DNA of 61,585 nucleotides, filler included, from Catajapyx aquilonaris (Eukaryota): assembly GCA_000934665.2 (NCBI GenBank). It is 4 parts of 4 records of this genome, joined end to end, with 100 filler letters (N's around TTAATTAATTAA, not from the genome) between each part and the next. Parts side by side here need not be neighbours in the genome. Positions count along the whole stretch, not along the records: positions 30,894 to 46,179 come from JYFJ02007540.1; positions 46,280 to 61,585 come from KZ539701.1; 2 more parts are not named here. One strand, written 5' to 3'. Below, piece by piece: positions 33,838-47,575 of this stretch. The translations under genes and the position numbers were made by a program. How positions within the stretch are numbered: the stretch's first letter is position 1; the number at the start of each line of letters is the position of its first letter. A model generated the notes under the pieces. It was not told where the DNA came from. It was given only the letters and a program-made list of their open reading frames with translations, and did no database searches.

Positions 33838-34496
33838 GTTGGTACTCCCTGCCTCTCACCACCACCACTATCACCACTCTCCCCACTACCCCCCTAACAC
33901 CATGCACATCCATCACTGCAACACCAAATTTTCTTTCTTATCTACATACCTGGCCATTCCCTACAGTCATTTTATGATCATTAAAAGCAACTACCAAAAG
34001 GGGTCCTTTTTTGTCAAAATTAATCAGGCCCATGTGAGAAAACTACTAGATAGCAAGATCATGGCACTGCAGAAGGTTTCATGAGGATTGTACTGATGTT
34101 TCTGTTTCAGCCACTGGTTCAATTATTATTCAAATGGTAAGGAATCGCACTTTACATGAAAAAGTACTAGGCCTGCACGGTATGTGCAGTAATCACTGCA
34201 GAAAAAGTTCTATTCTAATCATGTTAGATATTGCTTGCAGGACCAAAATGTTACAATGCCTACAAGGGTGGCTGGTACATATGTCAGTAAATACTGATAT
34301 GTTGGTAGCAAGAGTATAATGATTTGTTACCATTGTTTGACAAATAAGTTGTATCATAATGCTGTGGGTAAGTTAGATGGGTAAAGGTTGGCTTGGAATC
34401 ATCAGTTTTCACAGTGAATGCAACATTCTGTACCTTAGTTTGTATAACTAATGAGGCACATGTTTCTTTGGTGTAACAGCCATCTTTTCCCTTCAG

Positions 34497-34529
34497 GGTT
34501 CCAAGGGAGAGGATAATGGACAATCGTAA
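34497..34529 (+). CDS. cpo: Candidate terminal coding exon of cpo (GSKGEDNGQS*)
   Basis: Strong acceptor cttttcccttcag; phase 0 is compatible with the donor at 33837. Confidence 0.4.
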   Translation, partial: GSKGEDNGQS

Positions 34530-37500
34530 CCTGCAGCTTAGTCATCTAGCCACATAAAGGCCATGCTGCTGGCTGCTCAACGACCTTCAAATGTGCCCAG
34601 TGTTGAAGAAAAAGTGCAGAACCCTCGATTCATATCACGATAATATTACTATTTCATGAGTGGTGATGGCCACATCTTGGTACAAGCAGTGAAAAAGTAT
34701 GATAGCTTTACATCACCCAAGATTTCTCTAAAGTTAAGAGAGAGCTATTGTTTTAACTCTTTGTTGTTTTAGCATTGTAGGCTACAAGAAAGGGTTTTGG
34801 TGTCCTCTTTATTTTTGTTTTATGAATGATGGTGGCATTTGCTATGAAGCAATATGTCATGGCGAGGTAGTCTACAAGTTGATCAATACCACCGTATTGC
34901 TTAATCATTTCCAATATGATGAGGCATGAAAGAGAATACGTATTATTTGTAGACTTGGGTTGTGTATTCTTTCTATGTAACAAGAATAATTATTACCACA
35001 GCAATAATGAGAATGCTGTACTGGAGAAAGGGGCAGAGAAGGAACTTTATTTTTGTACGGGTACTAAAGTAAAGCTGCACTTGTTAAGAGGCTGAGGCCT
35101 CTCCTGTCAGATCTTTTCAAATGATTTCTTATGGAGATGACGAGAAACACATATCAGTTAGTCGTACCAAAATTTATCAGTTCTTTCTCTTGCCACTCTT
35201 TCTTACTTTAGGAAAACTTTTGTGTAGGTCAGTTTGGACTGTGGTGTGAACATGCTGCTGTTATTGTGTAGGAGTACTCTGCCATTAGATTAGAAGCAGC
35301 AATATTGTCCTTTTCGGGTGTTGCAGATGACGGGCGAATCTCTGCCACCTCCTAGAATGCTGTTGGATGCTACTGTACACGTCACTCTTGCTTTCTGGAG
35401 GGTGACCTTTCAGGCCAGTTGTCTTAAGAAGGCCAAAAGACAACAGTTATAGCTATTCCCAGCATGTCTATCACCTATACGTACGTCTTGGCAGGTGTAG
35501 AGATTCAGGTTGCTAGTTGCTTTTGGTGTGAAGCTTATTTATTGTGATAAGATATCTGTACTGTTGACCTTTTTGACTGCAGGAGCCAGGGCGAGGGCCT
35601 CTACTCCACCCTTTCTTTCCGTCAGATTTTCTTTTGGTTTTCTCTCTTTCTTTGTGGTGGACTGGTGCTACACAACCTAGGGCAGTGGGCCGGACTGTTA
35701 TGTTGTTGTCCAGCTCGGCTGCACAACATGCAGCGCTTCTACTAATATGAAGGTGCAAGTCCAAAGAGGGCAGGTGTGTGTATGCTTGAATGCATTGGCA
35801 CCAGTTACACCCTCACTGACACCCTTCTCACAAGCCTTGCTGAAGCATATCATGGAGTGAGGTGTCTCGCCTGGTGTCCCTGGTATAATAATAATTACTA
35901 TTATTATCATTATTATTATAAATAATATTCTTAAACTATAAGAGGTATCAGGGCTGTGCGCGAAACGAGTGTTAGGAAAAGGCCGCAGTTGCCTACAGAC
36001 TGCCCACTTTGCTTCAAGACCGTAATGTGGTAAGACTATGCAGCGGGCGGGTTGTTCCTAGCGGTCACCGCTGCTGGACCTGATCCTTTTGACTTTCCGT
36101 CCATTTTGTCTGCAGCAGAATGAAGCAGCTCAAGCCATGAGATAACCTAAAAGTGGAAGCATCTGCCCAGGCAGCAGAGAACCTTGGGGAGATTTTTCTA
36201 TATTGCGGTATTATTAACGTTGTTTATTTTGTCGTGTCTTACATTGTACAGTAAATGTATTTGAAGCCTTTTTCTCCAAGGCACAACTTATTGCAAAAAC
36301 ATTCACAGGTGTGGGTGGGTGTGGGTGTGTGTGTTTTTTTCTCACTTTTCGTCACTTCCGTATCTTTGTTGCATTGATAGCTGGTGGACATGATGTCATA
36401 AGAAATATTTGATGGTACGAAATGAAGGAAGCCCTGCATATTTGAAAATTATCAAAGCCATTTATTCGTCTGAGTCTGGGCAGGTGCTTCCCAATTCTCT
36501 TAATGCCTTACTTTGCTGGGAGCTTGGGGAAGTCTACGCAGAAAAAAAGGTGCAATGGAGCTACCTGCTGCAAGAAAAGTTTTGCCGAAGCCTTACCATA
36601 TAGAGATACTTGTAAGTTATCGTGTTTTAATCCCTGAAACCAGTTGTTTCTTATCATGCTGTTTTTTGTGGCCCTTATATATAGTCTGAATTTGGCAGTT
36701 GCTTGATTTCTGAGTACTTTTCCAACCCAAAAGTAGGGATCTCTTTTAGAGTTAGTCAGGTTATATATTTTGTTAGGTAGGAAATGAATTTAAGTGCATT
36801 CAGGCCTACAAGGTAATGATCCTTTTTAAATAAATTTTATTGTCAGTGCCATCACTATTAATACGTTCTCCAAAATATACTCCGTGCACTTTGTGACTTA
36901 CTGAATAGATTGGTATAACCAAACTTACGCAACATAAGAACTTGTCAAATTCGGTTTTTTAAGCACTCCATGTCATGCTGAGCTCATATGTGCTTGATAA
37001 TAGCATGTTGTGAATGATTATTATTGTGAAACAAACGTATTTTTAGGGTTCCTGCGAAAAATTACAAGTCAGTACTTATGGTGAAGAAAAGATATTACCA
37101 CATCCCTTTTATATTATCAGTCTTATCAGTGTTATTTTTTGCAGATTGAAACATTTCATGATACTTAAGGAATCAGTTGTACAATTACACAGGGTAGTTA
37201 TAGTAACTCCCACATTTGCTTTAGGTAGGAAAATTATACTTGGCTTATTCAAAGACCAAAATACTCTCAAAATTTTGGCTGCAAAGCATAATTAAGGTGC
37301 GTAATGGGAATTATGATTTTATTTTGATACCACTGAAGTATACAGGAAATGTCCTACATATTGCACCAACTTTTTAGCAACCATGGTATATCGGTAGGAC
37401 AATCACTGTACTTCCAATGGAAACATAATAGAAACTTCATTGTTGCCACATGGCTTAACTAAGCATCACAGCTAAAATGATGTACATACAGTATATATCT

Positions 37501-40363
37501 AAAAATTACGTCTTAGAAAAAGTCAAGTAATCACCCTTACTAAGCAAATACTGGCTGAGGTTACAGACCACCCTGCATATTGGGAATATGCATTAAGTGT
37601 GCATGTGTTACTTCTGTGGAAAGGCTTAATTCCTTTAAAGACCCATGTGTCGCTTGAAATAATGGCATCAGTATTTGGATCAAATACGTGCAGTATTTCC
37701 CAAATACCTACCCAAAATATGAAGTAATTTTTAAAATCTTGGAGACTAATGAATAATGTTCTTGAAGACTTAGCACCCAAAACAGATGGCTTGAGAAATA
37801 TCTGAAATGCCTCATATACAGTTCCAAGTCTGTTTTTTTAATGCATGAAGAAAGATGACTTGATATAGCAAAATTAAAATATATTATTCCTCTATATTCA
37901 TTAATTGAATATTTGAGAATGCAAGTGCATAAATTATTGTACAGAGGGCCCTTTCTCCTTCAGCTCTTGTTGCCCATTTTGTGCTACTCATTTTCAAGTG
38001 CTTTAAATCATATAGCCGACACTTGTTATTTTTACATGATTTTTGAAAGTATGATGCCAGATAGTGCCTATAATAACTTACACATATCAAGATGATGCTC
38101 TGGTTCAATAGTACCTGCTGCAAGTGTTTGTGTAGCATTTCCTGTTGCTCTGTACCTGTGCAAGAATCAAGTTACAGCTGAGCGTTCATGACATGGTTTA
38201 TTGTGCATGACATTTTGTCCATTAATAGAGAGCAAAGGAGTGTTGTGTGCACAAGGTATAAGCCAACTGGAAGTGAGTTTAGTTCAAATTGAATTGTAAC
38301 AGGGGATCAAGCAAGAAGTGAATCATACAAATAATTATGATGCTAATTACCTTGTAGACTTGAATTTGTGCTGTAAGATCTAATTTTCTTTAAAATTCAT
38401 TTACTTTGTGTTAGGTGGTCCTTAGAGCATGTGTATCGGTACATTTCCTACCATGCAATTACTATAGTAGAGGAACCGAGACATATCTTACATTGCTGGT
38501 ATTACCAGTGTTCAATGCAAATAAAAGTGGCATCAGTGAACTACTGTTGCATGACAACTAGGTGAGGAACTTAACGTCAAATGGAGGATAGTACAACAGA
38601 GCTAAAAAGAAAAAAATTACCCGTGCTGATGAGTGTTGGAATCTCTTAGAAAAAAGTTTTGTGATACATAGTGAATAACATTGTGACTTTCCTGCGCCTT
38701 CTTGCTGTAGAGGTTTGTAGCGGTTTGTAAACAGCGTAATAGTCTAATACCAGTTTGTAATATTGCTTTTCTTGGATATTTAAACTGCGCCTGCAGAAAC
38801 AGTTTGATATACTTGTATGTGCGTACACTTCTTAACGATAACCATAACCTATCTCTCATGGTACCCTTAGGGGAAATCCACGAATCGTCTAAACGAAACT
38901 TGTCGTTTTCATGCAACTGAGAGGTCCAAAGATTAAGAAGCGAACAGAGGAGGAACACGAACGAAAGAAATACAAGTCCATGCGCGTATGTGTGGGGAGA
39001 ATGTGGGAACATACAAGTATGGATGGGGAAAGGGGGAGTGGGATTTGGGGTGGGGGGTAAATGTCCACGATATAGTGGGGAGGAGCCTTGAAACCAAAGG
39101 AAATTCATAAATGGTATTGTCCCATGACAATGAGCTTTAGCAACTTATGTGGCTGGGATTTCGTACTTATTGTGTTTCCCAGGACTATTGTAAATCCTCT
39201 GGGTCATACCCGTACATGTGCTGTGATGTGTATGGGACTTGCTATGTGCAAAGGGGAAAAGTATGCATTGTTTGTGACATGATGTAGTCACCACTGGAAA
39301 GAAAAGAAGCTCTATGGTAGGTTGGCAGGGAATTCTGATCTAGGCAATGTATCATAATAATGTGTCATTTTGTATGGTGTCTGATTGTAGGGTAAACGTG
39401 TTAAAAATCAATTTCAAATCAATTATGCAATGGTAGCATTGGGATTTTTTATTAACTTCATAATTTCATGCATATATCTGGCCAATTCCAGTAACATCAT
39501 TCAGGAATGTGTTTGTTGCTTAGAATGACTCTAGTTTTATTTCATTTTTATTGTAAGTCTCCCTTATGCTGCACAACCCCATGGCAAACATGTCAGGCAA
39601 CTCTTTCCAGTGAGATATCTCTTTCTGTTTTGTCATTTTTTGTTAAGTGATAATAACCCTATAAGTGAGTGTTTGTCAAAATCACAAACAGTGCATACAT
39701 CTAGAGAGTGGTCCTTTTTGATAAAAAGAGATCAAAATGGGGAGGTTTTTTTGTCTTTTTATAGTGGAAACCAAAACATATGGTGAAGGAGGATATACAG
39801 ATGTGTGGTGTTTTTACATAGGTTTTGTATGCATTGCCCTATTTGGAGGTAGGAAGGAAAGAAATTGAAATTGTCATGTACAAAAGGGTACTAGTCCGAA
39901 TGCAAAGTGACATCAGAGCCCTGGCGTAGCAACAATGATCTGTAGCTGTTGCAGAGTCCCCAAATAATTGTCCCTACCTCCATGGATTACCAGTCAGTAC
40001 CTTTGAGTGTGTCCAACTTGTTTTTCAGTTGGAAGTATGAAAAAATACATGGGGAAACCAAAATTATGCACTAAGCGGAAATAAGCAAGAGACGCCAAGG
40101 AATATGCAACTCCACCTAAATGAATGCTAGTCAGAGGGTAGAAATGCTAGCCCCTATCAGGTGTTGTTGTTTCAGGTAAGGCATACCACGCATTGTAATA
40201 CTTGTGTAAAAATTTGCAATGCTAGTTATTAAATGTATAGGGTCCAAACTAAGGAATAAAGGTACTGTATGTTATGCAACTTCCTGTGATTATTGTAGTG
40301 TCTGACATTTTCCAGGTGCTATTTGCTCGGAAATTACCAAAACGTGGGACTGTGCATCACATG

Positions 40364-41070
40364 TAAATAAAAAATAGGCAGTAAAACTTCCTCTGGGTGA
40401 GATGAAAAGTAAGAAACAAGTCCATAGGTGGGGGTTGGTTCGTGTCATAGGGATGTGTGATAATCAAATTTAATTCAAAACATTCGTGCTTTGGGGCTGG
40501 GAAGAATTAGGCAGAGTAGGAGAGTCGGAGGAGTACATAAAAGCGATATCTGCCTAATTCTTCCCAGCCCCAAAGCACGAATGTTTTGAATTAATTTTTT
40601 TTTCATTACCCCACGGGGGGAGTTATACTACTCCTTAGGGGGGGTGGGTTGCCACCTTTGGAATTTGTTTTTTTTGGAGCGAGTTTAAGAATAATCTTAA
40701 TTGGTATGCTCCAAGGGTGGGTGGGAGGGGATGTGCAAAGTGCAAGTGCAATGTCTCTAATCGTCATTTTGTGAACTCCCCCGGGTGGCTTAGTCTGCCG
40801 GAAATTGCCACCCGAAACGAAGCCAGAGATGGCCCAACTCTGCACGAAAGAAGGTGGGAACCCCGGGTGGGGATTGAACCCGGGACCTTAACTTCCGTGG
40901 GCGCGCGCGTTACCGCGGCGCCACTCCGTCTCCCCATTTTGAATTAAATTTGATTATTATCACACATCCCTATGACACGAACCAAGCCCCACCTATGGAC
41001 TTGTTTCTCACTTTTAATCTCACCCAGAGGAAGAATAGTTTTCGGCAGTTTTACTGCCTATTTTTATTTA
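40364..41070. mobile_element. Long-arm foldback MITE interrupted by a SINE
   Basis: Left arm 40364-40515. The right arm is split into 40549-40594 and 40937-41070 (reverse complement of the left arm). Confidence 0.85.
40595..40936 (-). mobile_element. tRNA-derived SINE, family A
   Basis: Minus-strand head GGGGAGACGGAGTGGCGCCGCGG (A box)...GGTTCAATCCC (B box), poly-A tail, TSD TTTTGAATTAA at 40584-40594 and 40937-40947. Confidence 0.85.
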
Positions 41071-42039
41071 ATTCTTTTCATCATCAGAATAAAGTAATGT
41101 AAAGATATTTTAGGTATTTTAATTATTATTAAGAGCCTCTCCGCATCGACTCTCAGACGAGTACATGGGTCATGGTGGGTTTTTCTGTGGTGCAGAAAGA
41201 GAGCGAGAGTCACAAAACTGACACTGTCGAAATCGCCACATAACTCAAAAAGTAAAGGTTTTTCTCAAAGAAAGGTAGGCAGAAGGGCCCCTCCTTGGAA
41301 CATTGCGGTTCGAATAACAGATTGTATGACCCTCTACGACGCACCGTTTAGGCTGTACCCTGGTCTAAGTAACGACACATTTTTGAATTTTGACCCCGGC
41401 TAATGACCCCGGAAATGGCCCTAGTTGTTGTTTATCTATCTAAAGTTTGTAACTGGAGTGAGCGGAGTGTAAATCTTGTTTCCGATTTGAAATCGATTAA
41501 CCCGATCGCGAGTTATGAAGTCGGGAAATTAACATTGGGAGCGTAGCGATTCCCCACTATTCCTTTTTCTCGGGGCAACCGGCAGGTGGAGTTGGCGGGC
41601 CGGGAAACCGGCAGGGAGGAAGAATATCAAAACTGCTATTCAACTACCGGTACTCTAGAATACTAATAATGGATACCCCGTGATAAGCCTCCTTGGGCTT
41701 TTTAGGGGATCATCTTTTAATTGACCGTCTCTCGAGAATACCTGAACTACTAATAAATGACACAAGTTTGTGCATTCTCCATTTGAGGCGCCTTCTTCCA
41801 AAACCCGATAAATCCAAGATAAATGGTTCCGAGATAATTGAGAAAAAGCTGTGGTGCCGAAGCTAATTAATATGACTAGACCGGCCCAAGTCCATCTGCT
41901 ACATATGTGGATGCTGCATATGATGAGCTTTTACAAAAAAATGATCAACATCGTCAAGTCGTAGTTTCAGGAATAGTCGTTGTGGATATATCGATTTTTG
42001 CCGCAAAGAGAGTGGATTTGGCGGTTTTTGCAACATTGA

Positions 42040-42685
42040 GGATGAGGCACAAAATATATGGGCGAGTGGCCTTCCGTTCGATTTGCCTGAAAATCGGATA
42101 TGTTGTAGCCCAGACCATCCTGATCAATGTTAGATGGGGACATTTTGAGGTAGGACCTACAGGGAGCGTGTTTTTGACCTCCGAAGGTCATGTGGGATAT
42201 GCTCTGGTTTTCCGTTCGATTTGGCTGGAAATTGGATATGTTGCAGCCCAGACCATCCTGATCAATGTTGGATAGGGACATTCGAGGTAGGACCTACAGG
42301 GAGCATGCTAATTGCTATTCATCGAAGAGGCTAGAAGACTGCTGTGAGAGAAACCTCGCTTCCCTACATTGACCCAATGAATGTTGAAGTGCTGCTGGAG
42401 GAAACTCCAGATGACAACCTTCAAGGAGTAGAATTTGAACCAGATGAATAGGTAATAAAGATTAATAGATAATTTAATGCAATAACCATTGAGTTCCGGA
42501 GTCTTATTGTAGTCTACTACTCCCCCTATTACCTTCGGAGGTCATTAGCATGCTCCCTGTAGGTCCTACCTCGAAAATTAATGTCCCTATCCAACATGGA
42601 TCAGGATGGTCTGGGCTACAACATATCCCATTTTCAGGCAAATCGAACGGAAGGCCACTCGCCCATATATTTTGTGCCTCATCCT
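42040..42685. repeat. Tandem-plus-inverted repeat (foldback TE remnant)
   Basis: A unit of about 140 bp (...GGATATGTTGTAGCCCAGACCATCCTGATC...GGTAGGACCTACAGGGAGC) occurs twice direct (42040-42310) and once inverted (42548-42685). Confidence 0.7.
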
Positions 42686-43780
42686 TTGAAAACCCAGTGG
42701 TGACTCCATTACAGGAACATCAGCTTCAGGGTCGTGGCTGATAGTGGTGTGAAGCGGAGTCGGAGTGATTATGATAATCATTGTGAATATTTCAGTCACG
42801 TATCATAACAGCATTACCAGCATAACTGGTATTTTATGTATAGAGTCTTCATTTACCTGGGTCCCGCCGCGGGTTCGTCCGCACGTACTATATCGCCCAA
42901 AAAGATAGAGACGATTTTGCATTTGACTCAAGTGCAACTTGCACTTGAATCAAATGCCAATCGTCTCTATCTTTTTGAGCGATATAGTACATCTTGGAGC
43001 AGGAACCTATGTAGTCTGACTGCCAGACGACTGCCTTGACAAAGAACGCGTACGGGAGGAAGCACGACTCACTGTGGTGCCATGTGTAGCTTAGAGATGG
43101 ATTTGTCTGAGTACGAAAGATATCCCAGGCCAACTAGAGCTGTTCACGCTGGATTTGTCGGGTTATGGATGATTCGGTGGATTTGTCGACTTTAGAAACA
43201 TAGAATATGAACTTCCTGCCTGAATTTGTCGGGTTTTGCATGATAGGCCACTTTTCTTCGGGCCATTACAGCCGCATTTGTCGATGTTTGCTGAATATTT
43301 TGTCGTTACGTGATGAAACACATCTTGAAGAACATATTTCCACCCTTAACTCATTTTTTTGGAAATTGGATTTGTCGGGTTTTGGAAGAAGGGGCCTCAT
43401 TGAATAATCACCATCTTGACTTAAGTCAGAAGAATACAATGATGGAGCATGGAGCATGTCTATGGGCGGCTTCACTGGTTTTTGTCATTTGCACGATAGT
43501 GAATGAAAAAGACTAATGCAAAAGTTGGGTGGATCTCACTGGGGAATTTTCTCTCATACACAGTTGTAGCTGGCACAAAATACCGCCCCATCTTAGAAAA
43601 AATAAAAAGATTGCAAATGCAAGAGACTAGAGAGAGTAAACTCTGTCTCTGTAAATTGCTGATTTGGGCATCCAGACACCTTTTTGCATTTTGTGACACA
43701 TTATTTCATGCAAAAAATTTATATTTTCCTACCTCAGATGTTGTTAATTAGTGGCTTCTTATGCTTCAATTAAAATATAC

Positions 43781-44053
43781 GTATTAGGGCGACAGCCTTC
43801 TACCTCTGCGGTCCCGAGTTCGATCCCCGGATCGGAGGGAGGATACTTATGTGGATAGAGTTTCGATGGGTTCTCTCCGTGTTCGCGTGGGTTTTCTCGG
43901 GGCTCCCATGTCCTACCACTATCAAAAATCCATCACAGCTCAGGCAATGATTAAAAGACGGTTCACGAAAAGATGATCCCCTAAGAAGTCCATGGAGGCC
44001 CGTCACGGGGTATCCATTATTTATTATTATTTTTTTCGTTATTTTTATTATTA
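43781..44053 (+). mobile_element. tRNA-derived SINE, family B, slightly 5'-truncated
   Basis: B box GAGTTCGATCCC, central GTTCTCTCCGTGTTCGCGTGGGTTTTCTC domain, (TTA)-rich tail, 15-bp TSD TCAATTAAAATATAC at 43766-43780 and 44054-44068. Confidence 0.85.
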
Positions 44054-44074
44054 TCAATTAAAATATACATAGCA

Positions 44075-44156
44075 GTTAACCTGTTGAGGGCCACGGCGGT
44101 CATATGACCGCCGAGGAAAGACGTGCCTCAGGGCCCACGGCGGTCATATGACCGTT
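44075..44156. mobile_element. piggyBac-like terminus
   Basis: TTAA|CCTGTTG followed by two copies of CCACGGCGGTCATATGACCG. Confidence 0.5.
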
Positions 44157-46179
44157 TGCTACTTGTGCGCTCATTTGTTCTAATTTTAAAAGGCGCCAAT
44201 GACTTTTAAGCTACTCTTGCCATGCCATCTCGTGGTTGGGAGTTCAACTATCACGGACTGCGTGATTGGCTTGAATCCGCGAGGTAAGATGGATGCTGCT
44301 GCCCCCTGTTGCCTGAGAGACCAATATCTGGCGTCGGGCGGCTATAAAAAGAGTGTCCAAACCCGACCAGACTTGTTATGCCCCAGACGGCCATGAATGA
44401 GAGGATCTTGAAAGCTATCCGGCCAATCCGATGGGCCCCTTGTGCCGGTCAATGACCTCCTCTACCACCTCCCCCCCTCCTAACTGGCAACTTCCTGTTT
44501 CTCCCTCTGTCTATCCCCCCCTGACTCCAGTGCCCAGGTCCCAACCTATAACCCCTGCTGTGGACACTCTATATATAGGGGGTGAACATAATGAACAAGG
44601 TCTTTTGCCTTGACTCCCTCCACTGAGTACTGACCTCCCTACCTCCTACTCCTCACCCCCGTACCTCTTGAGTCTGTAATTAGCGCTGTGCCAATACAGT
44701 ATAGTGATCTTAGCTAAACCGTGTACGTCATTCCTCCCTTACCTTGTAGGGGAGACCGGGGCACAGTGGACCACTTTTGCACATTTGAATTTTTATATAC
44801 CTACCTGTTATACCTACGCACCCCATATTTTCAGGCATGGTGTAGACACTCCTTGGTAATATAAGTCACTACTATATTCACAGGCAGTGCCATCCTTTTG
44901 GCTTTAAAAAAATTTAGAAGCGACCCCCTGCAAATGGTCCACTCTACCCCGATAGGTGGGGCACAGTGGTCCGGAAGTGATTGGGACCCCTAATTCACAC
45001 AAGAAGTTTATTATCATTGCGGAACATTTTTTTACAGCTGTTCATTTTGAGGACTGTGTCAACATCACAGTTTTGCCCCTTTTTGCTACCTAATTCACAT
45101 TTTAAAAATCATTGTCTCACTTTTTTTTTACAGTTGTTCATTTGGAGGGTGGTTTGTCAAAATCACAGTTTTGCCCTTTTTCTACCTAATTCACATTTTT
45201 AAAATAATTGTCTCACTTTTTTTTTTTACAGCTGTTCATTTCGGGACACAGATCATTCTGCAGAATGGACGGTTTTTTCACGCAATGGCCGTTTTCGGGG
45301 GTTTGAGCCTAACGTGTACAATAAAAGCCGCCATTTTGACGTGAATACGTCTTTAAAATTGGGTCCGTATAGAGGGGGGGGGGGTATGCAGGCAAACTCG
45401 AGCGTTACAGTCTATTATAACCGAGTCTACTATATCCGGAGTTGCTAAATTCGGATCCGCATAGGGGTCCTGGAGGCAAACTCGAGCGTTACAGAAAAGC
45501 GTTACAGGCTATTATATCCGAGTCTACGATATCCTAAGTGGCGTGTGAGTGTTATAGTCAGGACCCTGCCAGGGGGCCCTGCCATGGGGCCCATGGCGCT
45601 GGCGGGGGCATGCAGGGAAATATTCTTAGGAGGGTCACCATGACTCCATGAGTGTCCAGACCAGCCCACGGACACTACCCCTATCTTCTGGGCTTATCAC
45701 CTGGGCGGCCATATTGGGCCAGCATGTAGCGCTTCCCTTTCGTACCTGTAAAGTTCAGCCTTAGTCTGGTAGGGTCGCCACATAAATGCTCTGGGAAATG
45801 TCTCCTGGCGGTCTCAGGTGAGCACCCACTGCAAAACCCCTCGGCAGGGGGTGGGTGGGAGTGACCTAACCTGAGTCTTCTACAACCATGGTCCAGACCA
45901 GCCTCCTGACACAGCCCACCTACATGTATGATGACGGTAGGTTAATAACTGTGTCCTGGCCAGACGGCGCTGATGGCGGAACATGGCGGATTTCCCTCCA
46001 GTGGAGCCTCCATATGGCTGCCGCCATCTTGAAGACTCATTCCGGTTGGCTGGCAAGTCAATCTGCCTACTTGTGGATGCCCAAAAAAATATGCCGAAAA
46101 ATAAGTACGGTACTGCTAGCTATCTTTAGTCATGTCTAAATGAAATAAATAGTACACTTACAATGCTCGGTAAATTGTG

Positions 46180-46279
46180 NNNNNNNNNNNNNNNNNNNNN
46201 NNNNNNNNNNNNNNNNNNNNNNNTTAATTAATTAANNNNNNNNNNNNNNNNNNNNNNNNNNNNNNNNNNNNNNNNNNNN
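46180..46279. other. Artificial contig spacer
   Basis: 44N-TTAATTAATTAA-44N. Confidence 0.95.
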
Positions 46280-46457
46280 CACCCCCACTGCGCATGCTCG
46301 GAACGGGGGCCAATCGGAGGCTTCATGGTAACAATGCGCCATGGATACGACGCAGCAACAATGGACGGGGGCCAATGGGAAGAGGTGGCGGCAACAATAC
46401 GGGGGCGGACCAATCAGAGGGCTCGGCCCCCGTCCGCAAGCATTTTAATATTATAGA
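46280..46457 (-). mobile_element. Helitron 5' end (same family), cut by the contig edge
   Basis: Nearly identical to about 26560-26737. Confidence 0.8.
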
Positions 46458-47052
46458 TTGCATTTAAAACACAAGGACTGTGAGAAAAGTAGTAGCAACT
46501 TAACTGGTGCAGTGGCTGCCAATTCGCAGACAAGGTATAATTTTACTTTTGACACCACATTTAAAATGTTAGAATTCAGGCACGCTTTGGTGCAGATGGA
46601 TCTTATTTTGTTACCAACCAGCATACATTTTCTGTCAATACTGTAATTGTTTTCCAGTGCACTGCAGCATGTTTTCTCCGTAAAGCAATATTCTATTACG
46701 TATATGCAAAGTTCGTGCGGTTGACTTTGCGTGGTCAATAACTTTAAAATTCTGACAACCACATTTGTTTTGTGGTGGCGGTGTTACTCAACAAACATGT
46801 GCAGCGTCCAGTGAGGGTTATTTATTTAGATTGGCCCTATCAGTCGCTTTTTTGCCCTCATTTCGGGATGAATCCCGACAAGACCCATCTTTGCCACCAT
46901 TTTCTCTTGGTTTTTAACCAGGGAAAAACAGTGTAAGCCAAATGGCTTTTGTGCGACGAGACATATGGTGAGGACATAAGTGTCGGAAGGAGTTTGTCAA
47001 AACGCTCTTGCCACGGTAATTTTGATGTCACCGATTGGCAAAGGTGCGGGCG

Positions 47053-47575
47053 CCTCAATGCTTCAGTTGATCAAGACCCAGGAGGGCATCATCTACCATG
47101 AGCTGTTGTAACAAGGTGAAAGGGTGACTGCAACCGCTACAGTGCATAACTATATGGAAACTGGCCCAATCCCTGCAGCAGAAGTTCAAAAAATATTGCT
47201 CAAACCAAAGCAAGTCATTCTCCACCACCATGTCTAGCAAAAGAACCGAAAAAAGATGTTGCTGGAACTTGGATGGAAGGTGCTACCACACATAGCATAC
47301 TCGCCTGACATTGCCCCTTCAGATTACCACCTGTTCCGTTCCATGAAACATGGCTCGTCTGGCCAGCACTTCGCCAATCTCACTGATGTCGAGAAATGGG
47401 TGGTTGACTTCTTGTGATAAAAGCCCAGAAACTTTTATCACTAGGGCATTCATCTGCTGCCCTGATGTTGGCAAGGAGTTGTTGAAAGTGACGGTCAATA
47501 TTTATATTCGTGCATGTTTTGCAAACAGGTTTTACCAATTTTGCATTTTCCCAAAAGAACGCAAACTTTTGCATA
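47053..47575 (+). mobile_element. Mariner transposase C-terminal remnant
   Basis: Reads QEGIIYHELL and LELGWKVLPHIAYSPDIAPSDYHLFRSMKH...WQGVVESDGQY with stops and frameshifts. Confidence 0.9.

Noticed and set aside
40850..40936. tRNA genes at 40850-40936, 43790-43830 and 61225-61295
   Set aside because: A/B boxes are present but there is no full cloverleaf; bodies, tails and TSDs show they are SINE heads.
41907..42799. ORFs of 70-122 aa with internal repeats, and a CRISPR-like appearance
   Set aside because: They derive from a tandem/inverted TE repeat of about 140 bp with no unique spacers, in a eukaryotic context with no cas genes.
43090..43530. Transposase remnant
   Set aside because: No catalytic motif found; only a recurring GATTTGTCG motif, probably subterminal repeats of an unidentified TE.
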